Shown here one piece after another: positions 15,834 to 38,719 of a DNA stretch of 64,000 bases (position 1 is the first letter of the stretch; each line of letters begins with the position of its first letter). The position numbers were made by a program, and so were the translations under genes. The notes beneath the pieces were generated by a model. It was not told where the DNA came from. It saw nothing but the letters and a program-made list of their open reading frames with translations, and did no database searches. Origin of the DNA: the human T2T-CHM13v2.0 reference genome, Homo sapiens; NCBI RefSeq assembly GCF_009914755.1, contig NC_060947.1; one strand, 5' to 3'.

Positions 15834-18091
15834 GTTTTTTTTTTTTTTTATGTTTGTTGTTTTAGAGACAAGGTCTCACTCTGTCAACTCAGGCTGGGCG
15901 GTCATAGCTCACTGCACCCTAGAACTCCTGGACTCAAGCGGTCCTTCCGCCAGAGCCTCATGAGTAACTGAGACTATAGGCGCACACCACCACACTCGGT
16001 TATTTTTTATTTTTTATAGAGCCCAGGCCTCGCTATATTGCTCAGGCTGGTCTCAAACTCCTGGTTTCAGATCCTCTAAAAGCGCTGGGATTACAGGCCT
16101 GAGCCACTGCACTGAAAGGTCCAGGTTTAATGGGACCTGAAGCTTATATGGTTTGGGGGAGGAAGGGTGAGACGTCTTTAAGAAAAAAATAGCCGGGCGC
16201 GGTGGCTCATGTCTGTAATCCTAGCACTTTGGGAGGCCGAGGCGGGCGGATCACAAGTTCAGGAGTTCGAGACCAGCCTGGCCAACATGGTGAAACGCCA
16301 TATCTACTAAAAATAAAAATATTAGCCGTGTGTGGTGGCACATGCCTGCAGTCCCACGTACACAGGAGGCTGAGGCAGGAGAATCGCTTGAACACGGGAG
16401 GCGGAGGTTGCAGTGATCCGAGACTGTGTCATTGCAGTCCAGCCTGGGTGACAGAGCGAGACTCCATCTCAAAAAAAAAAAAAAATGACTTATGAATACA
16501 AAATTAGGTTCAAAGGTAGGCAGTAAGAGTATTTCTACAAGCAATTCCTTCACCTGGGTAATAATTACGAAGAGAAGTGATACAAGGCACATGTAAATGT
16601 ACCATGGGGCCGGGTGCAGATTGCATGTCTGTAATCCCAGCACTTTGGGAGGTCAGGATGGGAGGATCACTTGAGCCCAGGAGTTCAAGACCAGGCTGGG
16701 CAACATAGTGAAACCCTGTCTCTACAAAATAAAAATAAAATGAATTTTTAAATAACAAATATCCCATGAAACCCAACCTAAATATATCCCCCAAATCAAC
16801 TTCCCCTTAGGTGGATCTCAAAAATGTCAGGCAGCTCCAACACCACCTAATGCAAGGGAAAGTATGGCCAGGCCCTCAGTGGAAAGGGACAGCACTTTGA
16901 ACCAATTGTTGTTTAAATGTATTTTGTGAACTTTATAAAACACATCACCATGTGACCCTATGGAAAGTGACAGGTCCTGCAGTTTAAGATGTCTTAGCTT
17001 CACAAGGAGTCAGGAGGAATGAGGCTGTTTCACTAGTGTTGGGGGGAAAAAATTGGTCCAGGATAGTTTGGGAAAGGGTAGAAAAAGATGAGATAATTTG
17101 GATATTTTGGAGGTTGACTAGGCAGTGTTTGGAAACTGATAATAGCAGATGAGTGAGTGAAAGGGGTGTGAGTTCACTTCTGGGTTGAGTGTCAGCATAG
17201 ATGACGGTGCCACTGAATGAACTGGGCTACGCAGAAGAGAAAACAGATTTGGTGGGGAGGAGACTAAATTTAATTTGGACTATGTTGAGTTCAGGTGTGT
17301 GTGGAACATTAATTCCCTCACCCAACAGTTCTTTATTAATCTACTATGCATCATGCACTGTGCTAGGTGCTGAGGATGTTGAGGTACCCCAGATAAGGCC
17401 CTGGCCTGCATGCAGCTGACAGTCTACTGGCGGAAACAGTCAATGATCAAATAAAATTTCATTAATATGTGAATTTCATTCACATATTTTCTTGAACACC
17501 TACTGTTAGGCACTGGGGATTTAGGGGTAAACAAAACAGACAAGTCCCCGCCCTCCTGTGACTCATTTCCAGCAAGGGAGACGGATAAAAAGTGAGGCAA
17601 ATCAGAGAATTTCCAATTGAGGTGAGTGCTATCAGGAAAGTAAGACCAGTTATGAGATAGAGAATGATTTGAAAGGAAAGCAGTCTATTTTAGATAAGGT
17701 AGTCAAGGAAGGGTTCTCAGAGAAGGTGACAGGAGCTGAGACCTGAATAACAAAAAGAGCTAGCTAGGGACAAAGGCAAAAGGAATCAAAAGTGTTGGCC
17801 GGGTGTGGTGGCTCACGCCTGTAATCTCAGCACTTTGGGAGGCCGAGGCGGGTGGATCACGAGGTCAAGAGATCCAGACCATCCTGGCCAACATGGTGAA
17901 ACCCCATCTCTACTAAAAATACAAAAAATTAGCTGGGTGTGGTGGCACGTGCCTGTAGTCCCAGCTACTCAGGAGGCTGAGGCAGGAGAATCGCGTGAAC
18001 CCGGGAGGCAGAGCTTGCGGTGAGCCGAGATTGTGCCACTGCACTCCAGCCTGGGCGACAGAGCAAGACTCCATCTCAAAAAAAAAAAAAA
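15834..18091. mobile_element. Alu group upstream of PHF8 (15834-16112 -, 16191-16485 +, 16607-16745 + monomer, 17797-18091 +) with L2 and hAT-type (MER53-like) remnants
   Basis: Alu consensus matches; ccaggtttaatgggacctgaagcttata at ~16121; L2-like sequence at 17300-17770. Confidence 0.75.
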
Positions 18092-19441
18092 AGTGCTAAA
18101 GCCCTAAGATGGGGGCAAGAGGACTGGGTGGGCTACAGGTGGGGGTCAGGGTCTCCAAGCCTGAATTAGAGACCCTGTGTGTACCCTTAGGGAATAGACG
18201 ATCTAATAAATTAACAAAACAAGGAGGCTGGAAAAGGTCAAACCCTAAGTGCTACATAGAGGTTTGAGCAACCTGTGTGGTGTGGGAACAAAGAGGCAGT
18301 CACAGTTAATTCAAACACATTCAGTGGGTGTGTGAGGAAAGGCTTCACAAGAGGTAGCATTGGACCTAGGTACAGTGGTTCCTACCCCGACTCCTAAAAT
18401 TCCTCCCCAGTGTCCTTGAGAGGTGGGGAGTGGACAAAGGATATTAGGAAAGGCAAAGCTGCCAGGGGTCTGAACCAGAGGCAGTCAGATTTGCTGACAA
18501 AGCAAGTCTTGCCACTGCTAAGGATGGGAGGCAGCTGGCTGCTGCCCTGGAAATGTGTGGACTGGTCCAGTCTCAGAGGATGCAGCCCATGATGGGACCT
18601 GGCTGCCACAGCACCAGGCTGCCCTGGAAGCCTACCTCCCCCATCCCACCTCCATTTAACAGTTGTAAACATTTATTTTTAATAACACAGATTCAGTTCC
18701 ATCCCATTGTAATGTAAATGCATTCCCATTATAAACATTCAAACAGCCAGGCTGAACTTTCCCCGTGACAGGGCATTTCAATGCCTGCTTACCTCTCTAG
18801 AGGGAACCTCAGCAGGATCTTTTCCAATTCATTTCTCTACATATATGTTATAGCTATTGAGGTAAAAAAAAAAAATGATGAGGGCTACAGTGAACTATAA
18901 AACACATGAGTGGAAAAGGGGGGATTGGGGGGAAACTTACATGAGGAAAAACAGGTGTCCTCTGAAACAGACTTGAAAGTACAAGGACAGTAAAAACAAA
19001 AGACAAAATAATACTAAATAACATTATCTGAGAACTTACTGTGCTAAGCACTGTTACAAACTCGCTACAAGCATTAAGTCACTGAATCCTTAGAACAACC
19101 ATATGAAGTAGATATCAATACTGTTAGCATTGTATGGATGATGAAGCTGAGTACAGAAACTTTAATTCACTTGCTGGAGGTCACTTAGCTAGTTTGTATC
19201 CTAGCAGGGGTTCCTGGTGATACAGGCTCAGAGACCAGGCTCTTAACCACTCCTTTATACCACTAGTGTGGATTTAACAGCAACTGGTGTATAAATGTAA
19301 TGGGAAGGTAATCAATTAATGGTTCTTTGCATAATTTGAAACACAGAAACAAAATGTGGTTTGCACACACTTGAAATAAAAACTAGCAGGATGGTGCCCC
19401 AGGTGCCAAACTAAGCAATGGAGAACACCAACCCACGCCTC

Positions 19442-23572
<4,131 letters not shown>

Positions 23573-23740
23573 TGCCTACTTGGTGGTAATTGTGAGGTGA
23601 ACTGGGATTGAAGCCACTCAAACAGCCTCACTGCTCAAACCAAAATCCTCTCCACTGGGAGTGGGGGTCCGGGTGGGTAGTGGCAGGATAGTAACACAGA
23701 AATATGGAGGTTGGTGTGGGTATTTATCATTTTCACATGA

Positions 23741-23962
<222 letters not shown>

Positions 23963-24362
23963 TGAGTAGGTGGGACTGCAGGCTCGAGCCACCATGCCCA
24001 GCTAATTTTTGTATTTTTAGTAGAGATGGGATTTCACCATGTTGGCCAGGATGGTCTCGATCTCTTTACCTGGTGATCCACCGACCTCAGCCTTCCAAAG
24101 TGCTGGGATTACAGGCGTGAGCCACTGCGCCCAGCCAACTTTCTTCTTTTTAACTACTGCAGGGAATTCCATCACTGGGGAAGGAGGCAGTCTTAATCTA
24201 TTTCTCCTCTCCCTTGATGGATATTTAAAGTGGTCTTAATTTTTCACTATTACAGGGCTGCAGTGAACATCGCCGTAGGGACCTCTTTGTGCCCAGGCAT
24301 GTTTCTCTAGATGGACACTCAAAAGAAGGTTACTGAGTCATGGAGTGTAAATATTTTGCTCA

Positions 24363-24714
<352 letters not shown>

Positions 24715-24756
24715 TCAGCAGTGTATCTTCACATTTCCTAGGACCCTGGCATTTAG

Positions 24757-25101
<345 letters not shown>

Positions 25102-26322
25102 TGATAACTCATGTTTGTTTGTTTGTTTTTAATTTGCATTCCCCCATCACTATTGAAGTTGAGCATGTTTTCATATGATGTTTATTATTGGCCCATCCTC
25201 TATGAACTATTTGTAACCTTTGCCTATTTTTTCTTACAGCATTGTCTTTTCCATGTTGAGTTGTAGGAGTCATTTATATTTCTAGATATTAATCCTTTGT
25301 CTAAAATGTATGTTGCTAATATTTTCCCACAGTATGTAACTTGTTTATGGTTTGTGTTATCATGCAGAAGTTTTCAGTGTTTATATAGTTTATACTTACA
25401 TCAATCTTTTCTGCTATGGTTTTGCTGCTTTGTTTATTGTTTTAGAAGACCTTCCTTATCCAAAGTAACAACCATATTATCTTTTTTTGTTTTTCTGTTA
25501 TGATACTTTCCATTTAGATCTTTAATCTACCTTAAACTCATTTCCTCCTCAGAACCTTTGCATTTCTCCTATCTGGAACTCTCTTCCCCTACATCTTCCT
25601 ATGGCTGACACCTTCAGAGATCAACTCAAATATTGCTTCTTCAAAGAGGCCTTCCATGGCCACCCTAACTAAATTAGCCACTCCTCTCTCTGCCAAGATA
25701 TGCCCTATTATCTTGATTATTTTCTTCAAAGATCACCTCCCTCTGAAGTTACCTAATTTGTTTATTTGTTCATGGTTATTCTCCCCTTAGATTGTAAGCT
25801 CTGTCAGAGTACAGACTTTGTCTTGTTCCCAGCTTCTAGAATGCTTTTAGAGTTTTAGTTAATTTGATATGATGGAGGGATATAGCTTAATTTTTTCCAA
25901 AAGGATAGATGATTGTCTCAACATCAGAACTCCCTTTTCTAAAAGAAAATTTTTATTTCAGTTTTCTGTTTTTCTATCCTATTAAGTATTGAGGCCGGGT
26001 GTGCTGGCTGACGCCTGTAATCCTAGCACTTTGGGAGACTGAGGTGGGCGGATCACTTGAGGTCAGGAGTTCGAAACCAGCCTGGCCAACATGGTGAAAC
26101 CCCCATCTCTACTAAAAATATAGCAAATTAGCCAGGCGTGGTGGTGGGCACCTGTAATCCCAGCTACTTGGGAGGCTGAGGAAGGAGAATTACTTGAACC
26201 CAGGAGGCGGAGGTTGCAGTGAAGTGCTAGGATTACAGGCATGAGCCTTGTGCCCAGCCCAGAGTATCATATTTTTAAAATCTGCTTTCACTATGTCTGG
26301 AGTGGAGGCCCAGCATCCCTAA

Positions 26323-26517
<195 letters not shown>

Positions 26518-26573
26518 TAATAATGAGAACATTTCTGAAAAAAAAAGAAAATGACAGAAAACAAGTTCTGTCA

Positions 26574-27497
<924 letters not shown>

Positions 27498-27778
27498 TCA
27501 ATGGAACAAATAGATTCCCTAAGTAGACTCAAGTACATTAAAAAAATAATTTATGATAAAGGCCACAATTGAAATCAATGGAGAAAATGGTGCTGAGATA
27601 ACTGGCTAGTTGGTAGTGAAGGGGTGGGGGAATTATCTTTATCTTACTCCTTATACCAAAATAGAATTCCAGGTGTATCAGAAGTGAAAGTAGAAAAAAG
27701 TGAAAACAAAATAATTTTGGAAGAAAATGTTAATGTACTTATTTGTACTCTAGAAATGGGGAAGGCCTTTTTTTCTGA

Positions 27779-28117
<339 letters not shown>

Positions 28118-28263
28118 TGATAGATTTGTATGGAAGTTCAAAGCTTTGGGAGGTAAAAAATACCATGAACAAATTCAAAAGATCAGCAAAACTGGGAAAA
28201 CATATTTACAACATACATGACAAAGGGCTAGTTTATTTATGAGGAGTTCAGAAAAATCTGTTA

Positions 28264-28599
<336 letters not shown>

Positions 28600-28882
28600 T
28601 TAAAAAAAAAAGGCAAAACCCAATAATAAATGAGCTAAGAAATAAGCAAGTAGTTACAGAGAAAGACCTAGATACATCAACAGTGATTTGAAAAGATATT
28701 CATCCTCATCCATGATTAAAGAAATAGAAATCAAAACAATAAAATACCATCTTTTCTTATTAGATTGGGACAATTTTTAAAGTCTGATTACATACAGGGC
28801 TAGTGAGGGTATGAAGAAACATACTGTCATATGCTGCTAGTGGGACTGTAAGCAAGTGCAATCTTTTGAGGGTACAGTTTGG

Positions 28883-28934
28883 ATATATCTATATCTATCT
28901 CTATATCTATCTATATCTATCTATATCTATATAT
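28883..28934. repeat. (ATATCT/ATCT)n simple repeat
   Basis: Read directly from the sequence. Confidence 0.85.
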
Positions 28935-28954
28935 CACACACATACCCCTTAACT

Positions 28955-29940
<986 letters not shown>

Positions 29941-30108
29941 CCAGCAATCTTGCCATTACAAATTTATCCTATGGATATCCTTGCAGAAGTTCACCAAGAT
30001 ATGTGCACAGGGATGATCACTGCAGCATTGTTTGTAATAGCTAAAACTGGAAACAAAGCACTTATGAATAGGGAATTAATTCATCTAATGGAATAGTATG
30101 TAGTGTTA

Positions 30109-31342
<1,234 letters not shown>

Positions 31343-31379
31343 TTAAAAAAAAGCCTATCATTTGGAGCTACCTGGGTAA

Positions 31380-31628
<249 letters not shown>

Positions 31629-32165
31629 TAGCCAGGATGGTCTCCATCTCCTGACCTCATGAACCGCCTGCCTCAGCCTCCCAAAGTGCTGGGATTACGG
31701 GTGTGAGCCACCCGGCCGCTCTTTTTTTTTTTTTTTTTTTTGAGACGGAGTCTGGCTCTGTCACTCAGGCTGGAGTGCAGTGGCGCCATCTCAGCTCACT
31801 ACAACCTCCGCCTCCTGGGTTTAAGTGATTGACCTGCCTCAGCATCCCAAGTAACTGGGATTACAGGCAGGTGCCACCACGCTTGGCTAATTTTTGTATT
31901 TTTGGTAGAGACGGGGTTTCACCATGTGGACCAGGCTGGTCTTGAACTCTTGACCTCAGGCTATCCACCTGCCTTGGACTCCCAAAGGGCTGGGATTACA
32001 GTCATGAACCACCACGTCTGGCCTCTTCTTTGTATTTCTATATTGAAAAACAACTAGTGGATGTTATAAATCATGAAAAGATAAATGAAAAAGATTTCTG
32101 AGGTATTCTGATATGCAGCCAGGCTTGAGTGGCACTGACACGGGGCATAGGTTATAAACTGGTGA

Positions 32166-32396
<231 letters not shown>

Positions 32397-32665
32397 TAGA
32401 GGATGAGGTCTCACTATGTTGCCCAGGCTAGTCTTGAACTCCTGGCCTCGAGCAAGCCTCCTGCCTCAGCCTCCCAAAGTGCTGGGATTACAGGCATGAG
32501 CAACCATGACAGCCTGTTATACTTTAATGTGCATATGAATTATACAGGAATCTTGTTAAAATGCAGATTCTGGCCGGGCGTGGTGGCTCACGCCTGTAAT
32601 CCCAACACTTTGGGAGTCCGAGGTGGGCAGATCACGAGGCCAGGAGATCAAGACCATCCTGGCTA

Positions 32666-33277
<612 letters not shown>

Positions 33278-33614
33278 TGAATGGCAGGAAAAAAGAAGAA
33301 GAGGAAGAAGTAAGATGGGGAGGAGCCATGAAAATGAAGAGGGGCAGATATGAGACACTGCAGAAGCAGAATGTTTGAGCTTGTGGATGAGGAAAGAATC
33401 TGGGATGACTGAGGTTTGTGGCTTGGGTGACTATGAGGATAATGGTGACATTAATCAGAGATAAGGGAATCAAGCTGGAGGAGGATGGGGTATAGGAAAC
33501 AATGGAGAGGTAGGAATGAGACATCACATTTAAGTTTGGGCACAGTGGCTCACGCCTGTAATCCCAGCATTTTATGAGGCTGAGGCAGGTGGATCACTTG
33601 AGGTCATTAGTTCA

Positions 33615-33887
<273 letters not shown>

Positions 33888-34785
33888 TTAGGCGGTGGGT
33901 TTGAGTGTTCATTTTATTATTGAATTTCATAATGTATGTTACATATATCCTTTTGTATTTATCAAATATTACATATATTTTTAGGTAGTCCAAAAGTTAA
34001 GAGAAACAAGAGAGAAGTGTCAGGGAAGTCAGAGTTTCAGTAAATGGGTTGTTTTGCAGCATCATATTGGTATGGAAGACCTCAGCAAGATAAGGCCTGT
34101 AGGGAAACCCTGAACTTCATGACAGAGCACACAGGTCACCTTTGGAAGCAGCCACATTCAGATGGGGAGGGCTGATGTCAGATTATAGAATGGGAAGGAA
34201 TGTGGGAAGTCAGGACTGGGAGTGTACGTAAGTCTTTCATCTACTACCATTTCTTCCCTAACCCACAACAGCTAACATTTATCTAGGCTGTAGTACATGC
34301 CAGGCCCTTTGCGTACACATTTAATCCTCACAACCACCCCACAGGGTGGGCTACAGGGACTAAGCTCAGTGCTTGTATTACCACCAGATTATGTTCACCT
34401 CCGACCACATGCAGAGAACCCCTACTGAAACACCGAAACGGGAATGAATGTTTAGCTATTACATTCCAAATTTTAGACTGAAGGTCTCAAATGGTTAAGT
34501 AATGGGTACCAACCAAAAGTGAATTAAGTCAACCAGAAATGGACCATTTCTTCCTGTGATGCTGTCATTGTGACTCACCAAATTTAACCAGTTTTATCGC
34601 CATTCAGGCACATAGTACAATTGTTCTTTTCCACCTCTATAAAATTAGCTGCAACCACGTGGCTTGCTTTGGGCAATGAAAAGAGAGAAGTGATCTGTGA
34701 CACTCTAAGCTTTAAGGGCCAAGGTATATTTTGGTCATATGCCTTCCCCTGACTCAGTGATGGAACTTTTCTTACTTAACATATT

Positions 34786-34855
34786 GATGCTCTACACATT
34801 CAGAGAAACTTCTCTAGTAACGAACTATGGAAATGATCCTTGAAAGTAGACTCTT
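34786..34855 (-). pseudogene. 3'-truncated U3 snoRNA retropseudogene (first ~70 nt)
   Basis: Minus strand reads AAGAGTCTACTTTCAAGGATCATTTCCATAGTTCGTTACTAGAGAAGTTTCTCTGAATGTGTAGAGCATC, a close match to the U3 5' domain. Flanking direct repeats GTGATGGAACTTTTC (34757) and GTGATGAAATTTTTC (35177). Confidence 0.92.
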
Positions 34856-35169
34856 GGTGGCCAGGCGCGGTGGCTCACGCCTGTAATCCTAGTAGTTTGG
34901 GAGGCTGAGGCCGGAGGATTACCTGAGTTCAGGAGTTCAAGACCAGCCTGGTCAACATGGTGAAACCCCGTCTCTACTGAAAAATACAAAATTAGCTGGG
35001 TGTGGTGGCACACGCCTGTAATCCCAGCTAACTCAGGAGGCTAAGGCAGGAGAATCACTTGAACCTGGGGGGCAGAGGTTGCAGTGAGCCGAGATCATGC
35101 CATTGCACTGCACTCCAGCCTGGGCAAAAAAAGAGCGAAACTCCAACTCAAAAAAAAAAAAAAAAGTAG

Positions 35170-35497
<328 letters not shown>

Positions 35498-38246
35498 CTT
35501 TTTTTTTTTTTTGAGACAGAGTTTCGCTCTTGTTGCCCAGGCTGCAGTGCAATGGCGTGATCTCGGCTCACTGCAACCTCTGCCTCCCAGGTTGAAGTGA
35601 TTCTCCTGCCTCACCCTCCCTAGTAGCTGGGATTACAGGCATGTGCCACCATACCGGGCTAATTCTGTATTTTTAGTAGAGACAGGGTTTCTCCATGTTG
35701 GTCAGGCTAGTCTCGAACTCCCGACCTCAGGTGATCTGCCTGCCTCAGCCTCCCAAAGGGCTGGGATTACAGGTGTGAGCCACCGTGCCCGGCAGTAATG
35801 GAATTTCTATTAGTCTATTAGTGTCCACCAGTCACCATGCATGAACAGAGTTCTGCTGTCAATCCCAGTTGGACATATGAGCAATAAGTATACTTTTGTT
35901 AAATTACTGAGATTTGGGGGTTATAATTGCAGCAAAACCTAGCCTATCCTGACTGATACATTCTCCTTTTCTCAAGTTAGAAATTATACATGTATAAGGA
36001 CTGAATAATGAAAATATACATAAAGTGTCTAGAACTCTCTCCTGTGCACATTGTAGGCCCTCAATAGATGCCTTTGTGTATCTGCTATTAAATTATTACG
36101 GAATTTTCATATTTTTCACATGCAATAAAGGCTAGTTTTGGAAGATGTAAACAGAAGGCAGTGTTCCAGGCTCACATTATTCCTAATGCTTGTATTCTTA
36201 AAAGAGATATTTTCATTCTTCGTAACTTTCTCCCTCAACTCCATGAAAAAGCACTACAATTGGCCCTGCTTAGGTCACCTACCCCTCCATCCCCGTGCTG
36301 GGGGAGATGAAGCCACATGACTGATGGTCAACCCAACTCTACCCCAAGATAGATGGCCACTTCCCCCAAAGGAGAAAACTGGGCTTAATTGCCAGAATAA
36401 GGAAGGAATGCTGGGGAGGCAGAAATGAGTTATCGAAGTCAAAACAGGCTTAGGTTTAGAACCCGGAGTTTATTACTTATTAGCTGTGTGTGAACTTGGG
36501 CACCACTCAATCAGTTTGCTCATATGTAAAGTAGGGATCGTACTTTGGAGAGTTGTTTAAGGATAAGAAATAATGTATGAGAGTTTAGTACTATGCCTGG
36601 TACCTAATAGGTCTGCAATAAATTCATTTTAAAAAGCCAGATGCTAAATATTTCCTTCTATTAACTTTTCACAGTCCCAACACTCAAAGATCAAAGGCCA
36701 GGAAAAGACATCTGTAGCTATAATGAACCCATATAAGACAAAAGATGTTACAAATAATTTTTCATTTAAGGATAAAGTGTTTACAAGCTTCAGCAGGCCT
36801 CTAGTGCTCACCTTGAGGCTCAGCTGTTTCCTTTTAGAATCTGTACACACAAGGCACAAAGTGGTTAGAGAGGCCAAGCCCAGCTAGAGTCACTCAGCAG
36901 AAGCAGTAAAGAATGCCCTAGAGTCCTGGCTTCAGACTCTGCTCAAAGCATCCCTCTATTGCTCAAAGGTGACTCAGAGCTCAATTTTAAAACACATTTA
37001 AGTGAATACCATCCAGGGCTGAAACCTCATACTCAATCTTCCTGAGTTTTTGCCACCATATCCTCTGCCTTCAAAGTCTGAAATCTGCTTTGTACCAAAG
37101 GACTTATTCAAAAGTGTTTTAGCTGTTCTTGACTTATTCATCAAACATTTACTAAGTGTGTGCTGTGCAGTAGGTGCCAAGAACACAGAGATGGTTAAGC
37201 ACAGTCACTGCTCACAAGTGTAATCTAGGGGCAAAGATGCAGCAAAGCACTAGAGGGGCTGGCTGTGATGAGTCTATACTCATCACCGAATTGGGGATCA
37301 GAAAAAGAATCATAAAGACACGAGCTGAATCTTGGGGCAATAAGTTAAGTCTGCACCAGAAACAAAGGGAGAAAGGAATTTTAGCAATGGTACAAGCAAG
37401 TGAGAAGAAATGGATATTGACAGCTCAATGTGTATGGGATGCATTTTATTATGGCTGGAGTACGGAGGTAGTAAATGAGCTGAGATGTGGTCAGGTGCCA
37501 GATCATGAAGGGACCGTGGAGTCAGGGGAGCAGCATGTTAGAGGGACACTTTAGAAGCTACTAAGCATGGTGGATTAAAGCAATGGTTCTTAACATCCTT
37601 TTGTGTCACAGATTCCTTTAAGAACCTGAAAAAAGGTATGGGCCCTTTCACTGGAAAAAGGTACATACACTTAGACATAAAATGTTGCTTAAAATTGCCC
37701 AGTTAAGGAGTAAGACGGGGAGCAACTGCAACAGTCCAAGTAAGACACGATGAGGCCTCCACTAAGCCACAGGAGCCAGGACAGAAATGAGGAAACAGAT
37801 GTGAGAAATAGAAAAATGGTTGGGTGTTATCAACAGATGTTTTCATCAACTGGATTTGAGAAGTGAGGGACAAGTCTAAGACAGTTCACTCCCAGGTCAG
37901 TCTGTGGTTTAGGCAATTGAGTAGAAAGTAGTGTCACTGATGGAGAGGCACAGGCTTGCACAGAAAGGATGGGTTCAGTTTGGGAAATGTCAAGACAAAG
38001 GTGCCTTTAGGACATTCAAATAAAGAAGTTAACTAGGAGGCTAAATATGCTCTACCTTTTGATGATTCTTGTACTTGGTCTCTTGCCCTGATATTACACA
38101 AACAGACTCCTAAATCTCTGTGCAACACTTCTGAATTGAGACAAGTATATCCCCCATTTGCAGAAAGGGATCCAGAGATGGGAAAAGAAATCAAACTTCG
38201 CACACCCAAAATTATTTCACAATTTTTTTTACTAAAAGAATAGATT

Positions 38247-38252
38247 TTTATT
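38247..38252 (-). terminator. Probable distal polyadenylation signal of FAM120C
   Basis: AATAAA on the minus strand, with U/GU-rich TTTTGGGTGTG about 40 nt downstream. Confidence 0.65.
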
Positions 38253-38654
38253 AAGCGTTGTAAGTTTCTTTCCATCAGCATTAACAGAACAACAGACCAA
38301 TTTCCATCACAGAACAACTCCTGAGGCATTCTCATTCCTTTCTGAAACTCTTCCATTAACTCCTGAAGTTTCCCCAAAGAAGCATCCATTCAAACTTACA
38401 TTAATAAACTATGGAGCTTTTGTGGTGAGGTGGGCCAAAAAGGCAGGGAATTTGGAATCTGGGAGTGGGAAAGAGAAATACATATTATCCATCCACTAAA
38501 CACACTGTCAAAAGCACAGGAGAGGAGATAGTAATACAGGAAAAAAACAATGAAATAATTTTTTACTTTTGTCAATAACATCATTTATCAGGGAGCACTA
38601 AAAGTCACTGACTCCTTGCAGTTAAAGTTTCTTTACCTAGTGTGTTATTCTAAA

Positions 38655-38719
38655 AACAGAATAGAACAGAATAGAACAGAATAGAATAGAATAGAATAGA
38701 ATAGAATAGAATAGAATAG
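38655..38719. repeat. Pentanucleotide microsatellite (AACAG AATAG)2 AACAG (AATAG)8
   Basis: Read directly from the sequence. Confidence 0.95.

Noticed and set aside
34786-34855. Functional U3 snoRNA gene
   Set aside because: Lacks the 3' domain (boxes B, C, D) and a PSE promoter; flanked by direct repeats.
37174-38389. 126-aa and 118-aa ORFs near the FAM120C 3' end
   Set aside because: Non-ATG or weak starts, L2-like or UTR sequence, and no homology recognised.
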